Program-made: the position numbers and the translations under genes | Assembly: GCA_018715465.1 (NCBI GenBank) | Contig: DVLN01000134.1 | Location: 1 to 39,364 of the forward strand | Direction of reading: 5' to 3' | Origin: Candidatus Faecivivens stercorigallinarum | GTDB taxonomy: Bacteria > Bacillota > Clostridia > Oscillospirales > Ruminococcaceae | DNA: 39,364 bases | Notes under the pieces: generated by a model | What the model was told of the DNA's origin: nothing | Seen by the model: only the letters and a program-made list of their open reading frames with translations | Databases searched by the model: none | Part shown: positions 33,481 to 39,364 of the stretch, one piece after another | Position numbering within the stretch: the stretch's first letter is position 1 | Layout of the letters: every line of letters starts with the position of its first letter

Positions 33481-33684
33481 ATGAAAGAGGGTATTCATCC
33501 TGAATATAAGCCCGCTGTGATCAGATGCTCCTGCGGCGCTGTCTGGGAAACCCGTTCCACCAAGGAAAACATCAGCGTTGATGTCTGCTCCAAGTGCCAT
33601 CCGTACTATACCGGCAGACAGAAACTCGTTGACACCGGCGGACGCGTTGACAGATTCAAAAAGCGTTTCGGTCTGGATAAATAA
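33481..33684 (+). CDS. rpmE: 50S ribosomal protein L31 (zinc-binding C+ type)
   Basis: [27 protein letters not shown]...[27 protein letters not shown]. Confidence 0.95.
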   Translation: MKEGIHPEYKPAVIRCSCGAVWETRSTKENISVDVCSKCHPYYTGRQKLVDTGGRVDRFKKRFGLDK

Positions 33685-33724
33685 TCCCGGACAGGTTTTC
33701 CTGTCTGTTACAGATGGAAATGGT

Positions 33725-33767
33725 GGCGGTATGCCGAAGTTTTGCTTCGCGTACCGCCTTTTATTTT
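33725..33767 (+). terminator. rho-independent terminator after rpmE
   Basis: GGCGGTA...(CGAAG-TTTTG-CTTCG)...TACCGCC followed by TTTTATTTT. Confidence 0.7.
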
Positions 33768-33783
33768 GCAAAGGAGGCGCCGT

Positions 33784-34410
33784 ATGCCGCAGGATTATAC
33801 CACCATCCGCGCTGTGGGCGAGGATGAGTTTGTCGAAAAAAAATCCCGCTTTATCGGTCTGGCCGCCCCGGTCAGCACCGTCGAGGATGCCAATGCTGTC
33901 ATCGAATCGGTCCGCAAAAAACACCCTGACGCCCGTCATAATGTCTTTGCCTATGTCCTGCTCGACGGGATGACCCGCCGATGCTCGGATGACGGCGAAC
34001 CCCAGGGCACCGGCGGCGTTCCTGTCCTTGACGTGATTCAGAAAGCGGGACTCGTCGGGGTCTGTGTCGTCGTGACCCGGTATTTTGGCGGCGTGCTGCT
34101 TGGGGCGAGCGGCCTTGCGCGCGCTTACGGACACGGCGCAAGGATTGCACTTGAAGCCGCGGGCAGAATGCAGATGACCAGTTGTCATGTTTTGGATATT
34201 ACCGTCCCATATCCCCTTTATGGCAAGGTCGGCTACCTGCTGCCGCAATATAACATTCAGACGCTGGACAGTACCTTCGGCGATACCGTCCGGCTCCAGC
34301 TGCTGATCCGTGCCGACCGGGCGCCTGGATTTGCCGACGCGCTGCGGGAACTGTCCGCCGGAACGGTCGTCCCGGAGCTGGTTGAAGAGCGGTTCTGCGA
34401 TATGGACTGA
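33784..34410 (+). CDS. yigZ: YigZ/IMPACT family protein
   Basis: EDEFVEKKSRFIGLAAPVSTVEDANAVIESVRKKHPDARHNVFAYVL...GEPQGTGGVPVL. The ATG at 33784 follows AGGAGG. Confidence 0.85.
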   Translation: MPQDYTTIRAVGEDEFVEKKSRFIGLAAPVSTVEDANAVIESVRKKHPDARHNVFAYVLLDGMTRRCSDDGEPQGTGGVPVLDVIQKAGLVGVCVVVTRYFGGVLLGASGLARAYGHGARIALEAAGRMQMTSCHVLDITVPYPLYGKVGYLLPQYNIQTLDSTFGDTVRLQLLIRADRAPGFADALRELSAGTVVPELVEERFCDMD

Positions 34411-34560
34411 TTGGAAAATAAATGTGGATAAAATGTAAATTTTATCTTTTACCGGCCCTTTTCATAAAAAAATTGCGGAAAAAAAGAGGGTTTTTCGCAT
34501 TTTAAGGGTATTCTTATATAGAGGTTTTTTCGGACTGCTGTTTTTCAGGAAGGGGGCTTG

Positions 34561-36309
34561 ATGGTGGCGATTCCGCAGAGTTTTCTCGATCAGCTTAAAA
34601 TGAGCTGTGACATTGAATCTGTTGTGTCGGGGTATGTTTCCCTCCGCCGCTCCGGCAGGACGAGCAAGGGGCTGTGTCCGTTTCATTCCGAAAAGACACC
34701 GTCCTTTTTTGTCTACCATGATACCGAGTCGTTTTACTGCTTCGGCTGTGGAGCAGGTGGGGATGTGATCTCGTTTATCATGCGGATTGAGAATATCGGT
34801 TATCTGGATGCGCTCCGGTTTCTGGCCGAGCGGGCCGGTATCCCGTTCCCGGAAGAGGCAAGGGAGGACCCGTCGCTTAAAATCAAGCCGCTGATCTATG
34901 AGATAAACCGCGCTGCCGCCCACTTCTACCATGACCGGCTCAAATCGGAGGACGGCGCCCCCGGAAGAGAATATCTGATGGGAGAACGCAGGCTCTCGAC
35001 CAAAACTGTCACCCGTTACGGACTGGGATATGCGCCGCCCGGATGGGACAACCTGCGCAATTATCTGCGCGGGAAAGGCTATTCGGACGAGGATATGCTC
35101 CAGGCGGCGGTCGTGGTGCGGGGAAAGGACGGGAAGTCGGTCTACGACACCTTCCGCAACCGGGTGATCTTCCCGATTGTCGATATCCGAAAAAATGTGA
35201 TCGGCTTCGGCGGGCGGGTGCTGGACGACAGCAAACCCAAATATCTGAACTCTCCCGATACCCCCGTTTTTAAAAAGAGCCGCAACCTCTTTTCCCTCAA
35301 CTTCGCAAAAAATGTCCATGACGGCAGGCTGATTCTCGCCGAAGGGTATATGGACGTGATCGCGATGAATCAGGCGGGGTTTGACAATGTCGTCGCGACG
35401 CTGGGCACCTCGCTGACTTCCGAACAGGCCCGGCTGATGAGCAATTATGCCCAGGAGATTGTCATTGCCTACGATTCCGACGGCCCCGGACGTACTGCGA
35501 CCGACCGTGCGGTCGGACTGCTGGAGGAGGCGGGACTGAAGACGCGGATACTGGACATGAAGGGGGCCAAGGACCCCGATGAGTTTATCCGCAAATTCGG
35601 TGCTGAGCGGTTTAAAATGCTGATCGACGGTGCGCGAAGCGTCACAGAATATCAGATGGGCGTCATCCGTGCCAAATATGACCTTGGTTCGACCGAACAG
35701 CGGGGTGCTTATCTTCAGGAGGCCGCCGGTTATCTGGCGACTGTCCCGAGCGGGATGGAGCGGGAGCTGTATATCGCCAGGCTGGCCGAGGAAGCGGAAA
35801 TTCCCCGCGACGCCATCCGGGAAAGTGTCAACCGTGCGCTGCGCCGCAATCTTCGCAGGGCACGCAAAAAAGAGGAAGACGGCTTTGAATCGGGCAGGAA
35901 CTTTGTCCGCGCCGGACGTCAGGCAGATGAATCGGCGGAGGATGGGTTGCTCGCTTGCCTGTACCATCATCCCGACTGGAGCGGCAATATGATCGCCCGT
36001 CTGCCGGATCATGCCTTTTCCGAACAGGCAGAAGCGATTTATCAGGCGCTTCTCTCCGCTCAGCGGGAGGGCGATGGGTCGCTCGCATCGCTGCGGGAGC
36101 GAATCAATGATGAACAGATGTCGCGGATGGCGGGAATTCTCGCCCGGGTGTCCAATGGACAGCTGAGTATCACCCCGGAGGCACTGGAAGATTATTTCCG
36201 CCGGCTGCAGGGAGGCAGGCTGGAAAAGGAAATCCGTGACAGCGGCAGTCTGTCGGTTGAGGAGGCAAGCGCCCTCGCGGAAAGGATACGCCAGCGCAAA
36301 AAAGGATGA
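34561..36309 (+). CDS. dnaG: DNA primase
   Basis: Zinc finger GLCPFHSEKTPSFFVYHDTESFYCFGCGAGGDVISF and TOPRIM motif LAEGYMDVI...IAYDSDGPG. The ATG at 34561 is used; the track start at 34558 is TTG. Confidence 0.95.
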   Translation: MVAIPQSFLDQLKMSCDIESVVSGYVSLRRSGRTSKGLCPFHSEKTPSFFVYHDTESFYCFGCGAGGDVISFIMRIENIGYLDALRFLAERAGIPFPEEAREDPSLKIKPLIYEINRAAAHFYHDRLKSEDGAPGREYLMGERRLSTKTVTRYGLGYAPPGWDNLRNYLRGKGYSDEDMLQAAVVVRGKDGKSVYDTFRNRVIFPIVDIRKNVIGFGGRVLDDSKPKYLNSPDTPVFKKSRNLFSLNFAKNVHDGRLILAEGYMDVIAMNQAGFDNVVATLGTSLTSEQARLMSNYAQEIVIAYDSDGPGRTATDRAVGLLEEAGLKTRILDMKGAKDPDEFIRKFGAERFKMLIDGARSVTEYQMGVIRAKYDLGSTEQRGAYLQEAAGYLATVPSGMERELYIARLAEEAEIPRDAIRESVNRALRRNLRRARKKEEDGFESGRNFVRAGRQADESAEDGLLACLYHHPDWSGNMIARLPDHAFSEQAEAIYQALLSAQREGDGSLASLRERINDEQMSRMAGILARVSNGQLSITPEALEDYFRRLQGGRLEKEIRDSGSLSVEEASALAERIRQRKKG

Positions 36310-36557
36310 CCGGCTGGTCTGTACATCATTTATTTTCCCGGATAAAAACGGAGAGACAAAACGAATATATAAATAGAAAACCATGGGGAGCGGGACGGCA
36401 GACAGAAAATCTGCTGCTGTCTGCAAACTGCCTGTTCTGTGCAAACGGTATGGGCGTCCCTTTGATTGAATAGATAATAGAGGGAGAGACGGATGACGTA
36501 GGAAACTGCCGTTGTCCGCGAAGTAATCCCTTAATAGAACCCAAAGGAGAGAGCAAG

Positions 36558-37652
36558 ATGGCTGACAAAAAATCTGCTGTAACCGAACTGATGGAGCAGG
36601 GAAAACTCAAGGGCAAACTGACTGCCAAGGAAATCACCGACGCTCTGGAAGAGATGGACTTTGACCCGGAACAGCTGGACAAGTTTTATGATTCCCTTGA
36701 AAGCAGCAACATTGAAATCCTTGATGACCTGAGCATCGACGAAGACTTTGATATCGGGCTGGAGGATGCCGCGGCCATCGAGGCAGATACCGTTTATACC
36801 GGCGATGGCATCAATATCGACGACCCTGTCAAGGTATACCTCAAAGAAATCGGCCGTGTCCCGCTGCTGAGTGCTGATGAGGAAAACGAACTCGCCGAGA
36901 AGATGGCAAGCGATGACCCCAAGGTCGCCGCTGAGGCCAGAAAACGGCTGAGTGAAGCCAACCTCCGTCTGGTCGTTTCGATCGCAAAACGGTATGTCGG
37001 GCGCGGGATGCAGTTTTTGGATCTGATTCAGGAGGGCAACCTCGGCCTGATCAAAGCGGTCGAAAAGTTTGACCACACCAAGGGCTTTAAGTTCTCGACC
37101 TACGCAACCTGGTGGATTCGCCAGGCTATTACCCGTGCAATCGCTGACCAGGCGCGCACCATCCGTATCCCTGTCCATATGGTCGAGACCATCAACCGCG
37201 TCAAGAAGGTATCCAGCCAGCTGCTGCATGCCAACGGCCACGAGCCCAGCGCGGAAGAGATCGCCGACGAACTGGACATGCCGGTCGACAAGGTCCGCGA
37301 GATTCTGCGGGTCTCCCAGGAGCCTGTTTCGCTGGAAACGCCAATCGGCGAAGAGGAAGACAGCCATCTCGGCGACTTTATCCCGGATGACGACGCACCC
37401 TCTCCGGTCGATGCCGCCAGCCATACTCTGCTCAAGGAACAGCTCGGTGCTGTCCTAAAAACGCTGACGCCCCGTGAAGCGAAGGTCCTTTCGCTCCGCT
37501 TCGGGCTGGAAGACGGCAAGAGCCGTACCCTTGAAGAGGTCGGCAAGGAGTTCAACGTCACCCGTGAACGTATCCGCCAGATCGAAGCCAAGGCGCTGCG
37601 CAAGCTCCGCCACCCCAGCAGAAGCAAAAAGCTGAAAGATTTCCTCGACTGA
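36558..37652 (+). CDS. rpoD: RNA polymerase primary sigma factor
   Basis: Region 2 [72 protein letters not shown], and region 4 [29 protein letters not shown]. The gene follows dnaG. Confidence 0.97.
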   Translation: MADKKSAVTELMEQGKLKGKLTAKEITDALEEMDFDPEQLDKFYDSLESSNIEILDDLSIDEDFDIGLEDAAAIEADTVYTGDGINIDDPVKVYLKEIGRVPLLSADEENELAEKMASDDPKVAAEARKRLSEANLRLVVSIAKRYVGRGMQFLDLIQEGNLGLIKAVEKFDHTKGFKFSTYATWWIRQAITRAIADQARTIRIPVHMVETINRVKKVSSQLLHANGHEPSAEEIADELDMPVDKVREILRVSQEPVSLETPIGEEEDSHLGDFIPDDDAPSPVDAASHTLLKEQLGAVLKTLTPREAKVLSLRFGLEDGKSRTLEEVGKEFNVTRERIRQIEAKALRKLRHPSRSKKLKDFLD

Positions 37653-37666
37653 TCATCCTGTAAGTG

Positions 37667-37720
37667 AAACCCCCGCTGTTTTCCGGCTGGCAACCGGAGA
37701 GCAGCGGGGGTTTGAATTTA
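37667..37720 (+). terminator. terminator after rpoD
   Basis: AAACCCCCGCTG (37667-37678) pairs with CAGCGGGGGTTT (37702-37713), with an inner TCCGG/CCGGA hairpin. TTTGAATTT follows. Confidence 0.7.
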
Positions 37721-37725
37721 TCATA

Positions 37726-37758
37726 TAAAAAATAGGGCACAGCCGAAAGGCCGCGCCC
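37726..37758 (-). terminator. strand-specific intrinsic terminator of the esterase gene
   Basis: Minus strand reads GGGCGCGGCC-TTTC-GGCTGTGCCC (two G-U pairs, which would be A-C mismatches on the plus strand), then TATTTTTTAT. Confidence 0.7.
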
Positions 37759-37796
37759 CGCAAAAACGGAAAACCGTTTTTTCCTTGGCTAAACTG

Positions 37797-39011
37797 TTAT
37801 TTGTGCTGTGCGGCGAGCCATTCAAAGATGGTGGTGGGCTTGCCGTTGAGCAGGACAGGCGAACCGTCAAAGTCCAGCTTGCAGTCGTTGTTCAGCGTAT
37901 AAATCCAGCTGGCATGGCCCATGTATTCAAACGGTGTGCCGTCGGGCTTTTTAAACCGTCCGGTCTGGTCGAGGACCCGCTCATAGTAGGAGAAGTGGAC
38001 GTTCTCAGCGCCCGCCGCCATCAGCCGTTTATAGGTGGGGACAGCCGTTTCATCCGGCGGAACAACCGTATCGACCTTTGCATGGGTAAACCAGATCGGG
38101 ATATGTTTGATGTTTTCGATATCCCGGTCGGAGATCGTCTCATCGTACAGTGCTTCACAGATGGGGTATGCGCCTGCAAAATAATCGGGATAGTCAATGA
38201 TCATCCGCATCGTCATAAATCCGCCGTTGGAGCAGCCGCCAATATAAATCCGGCTGCGGTCAATTTCCGGGTGGGCCGCGACAAATTCCTCAATCGTTGC
38301 CATCAGAGCGGTCACATATTTGGACTTGCCGGTACGGGTATACTGGCCGGAGCCGTTGTCCATCCACATTGTCTCGCACTGGGGTGCCAGCACCCATGCG
38401 CCGCCGAACAGCGACTGGATCTCTTCAAACGCAAGGTTGATGACCTTATTGCCGAGAATTGCGACGTAGGGGTCCCAGCCGCCTTCGCCTGCACCATGCA
38501 GCCAGATGATCAGCGGGGGGTTGGCGTTGTCCAGCTGAGGTTTGACCCAGGCCATGTTCAGCCCTGCGGCCGATACACCGGTTTCAACCAGCTCTTTGCC
38601 TTCCAGAATCAGCTCGCCGCGGTTGGCGATGACCTTGCCCTGATATTCAATGGTGCAGCGCCAGTCAGAAAGGGTGGTGAAGCCTTTTTTCTGATAGGCA
38701 AGGGAAGAGTATGGCTTGGTGGGGCCGTAGTCGGGCTCCAGCAGCGCATACTCGCCTTCCGCAGCCGGGTTGCCGTCTGCATCGCAGGGGCAGGCCGTCA
38801 GGATTTCCAGCGGGCCGACTGCCGGGACGATGGTTTTGGAGAAAAAGGACTTGGGGGTCATTGCGACCAGACCGGTCTGCTGATCAATCTTATAGACATG
38901 GACCTTGAAATCCTCTGCCGAAAGATCGCGGACGGTTTTTCCCATATCCACAATAATTTTGGTTACATGTCCGCCCCAGTCGAGGACGGGCGCAAATGCC
39001 TGATAGCTCAT
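37797..39011 (-). CDS. alpha/beta-hydrolase esterase/peptidase (prolyl-oligopeptidase or PHB-depolymerase-like fold)
   Basis: Nucleophile elbow IGGCSNGG, oxyanion-type IIWLHGAGEGG, and C-terminal His region EYMGHASW. The ATG at 39011 follows AGGAGG; the track start at 39092 has no RBS. Confidence 0.8.
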   Translation of the reverse strand: MSYQAFAPVLDWGGHVTKIIVDMGKTVRDLSAEDFKVHVYKIDQQTGLVAMTPKSFFSKTIVPAVGPLEILTACPCDADGNPAAEGEYALLEPDYGPTKPYSSLAYQKKGFTTLSDWRCTIEYQGKVIANRGELILEGKELVETGVSAAGLNMAWVKPQLDNANPPLIIWLHGAGEGGWDPYVAILGNKVINLAFEEIQSLFGGAWVLAPQCETMWMDNGSGQYTRTGKSKYVTALMATIEEFVAAHPEIDRSRIYIGGCSNGGFMTMRMIIDYPDYFAGAYPICEALYDETISDRDIENIKHIPIWFTHAKVDTVVPPDETAVPTYKRLMAAGAENVHFSYYERVLDQTGRFKKPDGTPFEYMGHASWIYTLNNDCKLDFDGSPVLLNGKPTTIFEWLAAQHK

Positions 39012-39045
39012 ATTATGGTACCTCCTGACAAAACCTATTTTTTTC

Positions 39046-39074
39046 AGTATAGCATGATTTGTCATTTTGTGCAA
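39046..39074 (-). promoter_or_regulatory. sigma-A promoter for the esterase gene
   Basis: Minus strand reads TTGCAC (39069-39074), a 17-nt spacer, then TGcTATACT (extended -10, hexamer at 39046-39051). Confidence 0.5.
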
Positions 39075-39364
39075 TAATTGACAGAACTTCACGCAAGATA
39101 TTGAAAAAATTTCGCAGAATAGTACACGGCTTTTTTATAAAAATAAAACAGGCCCTGCCGCAATGGATACGGCAGAGCCAAACAAGGACAGGAACAGTCC
39201 AGGCTAAACCTGGTCTGGAATACCTGTCCTTTGAGAAGGGAGAGAGAGAAAGATGGACTGCGGTCTTGATTCCGCACTCTGATATTATCACACCAACCCT
39301 GCGAAAAAGCACACATTATGGGACAGCTTAGTCGACAATCAGAAAAATTTCAATATTATGCGCG

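Noticed and set aside
34462-36444. Very long ORFs antisense to well-identified genes. Examples: 34462..36444 opposite dnaG, 12654..13868 opposite relA, 37785..39077 opposite the esterase, 26965..28596 opposite the GGDEF/EAL gene, 4494..5516 opposite DAHP synthase, and 19572..20657, 21349..22389 and 30437..31348.
   Set aside because: Their translations are Arg/Gly/Pro/Ala-rich with no motifs, and none has an RBS. Each lies exactly opposite a gene with unmistakable family signatures. This is the typical stop-codon-poor antisense frame of GC-rich coding DNA.
39059-39331. ORFs of 90, 99 and 75 aa at the right end of the window.
   Set aside because: The frames overlap one another in an AT-rich promoter/leader region, with no RBS and no motifs. 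They are probably non-coding.

Overview
This is a 39.4-kb chromosomal window from a moderately GC-rich Firmicute, probably a Clostridia-type spore-former or a descendant of one. The taxon call rests on spoVB, yabP and yabQ, plus Bacillus-like gene orders: recJ-relA-dtd, yabM-like flippase-mazG-(hup)-yabO-yabP-yabQ-divIC-yabR, and dnaG-rpoD.

I support 31 CDSs, almost all housekeeping. They include the 3' part of an OppF-type ABC ATPase, a lipoprotein solute-binding protein, two MBL hydrolases and DAHP synthase. They also include SpoVB, RecJ, RelA/SpoT, Dtd, a HemZ-like radical-SAM enzyme, a uridine-kinase-family protein and a second MOP flippase. The rest include MazG, HU, YabO/P/Q, FtsB/DivIC, YabR, a DUF134-NifX fusion, a 1415-aa PAS/GGDEF/EAL protein, PncB, L31, YigZ, DnaG, RpoD and an esterase.

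I saw no rRNA, tRNA, CRISPR array, transposase, integrase or phage genes. Most long ORFs in the track that run antisense to these genes are GC-driven artefacts. Several track ORFs start at non-ATG codons or too far upstream, and I re-set those starts using RBS positions.

The unusual content is non-coding. Four intergenic gaps (9341-9565, 13902-14400, 22490-23215 and 32590-33320, about 2.2 kb in total) hold copies of one mosaic element made of chains of short hairpins. Between copies the loops and linkers are conserved, but the stems are replaced by different, still complementary sequences. Module order is circularly permuted between two copies through a shared GAGCGG. Individual modules are tandemly amplified, with 89-bp and 66-bp periods. 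I do not recognise this as a named repeat or RNA family.

Secondary points of interest:
- a coiled-coil insertion inside the ABC ATPase
- a promoter-plus-terminator unit with no ORF at 7296-7553
- an orphan terminator upstream of spoVB
- a DUF134-NifX ORF with an internal RBS, a His/Cys tail and a palindromic operator
- a Zn-ribbon protein with a poly-Cys acidic tail

Everything here comes from reading the sequence. No database search or folding computation was possible.
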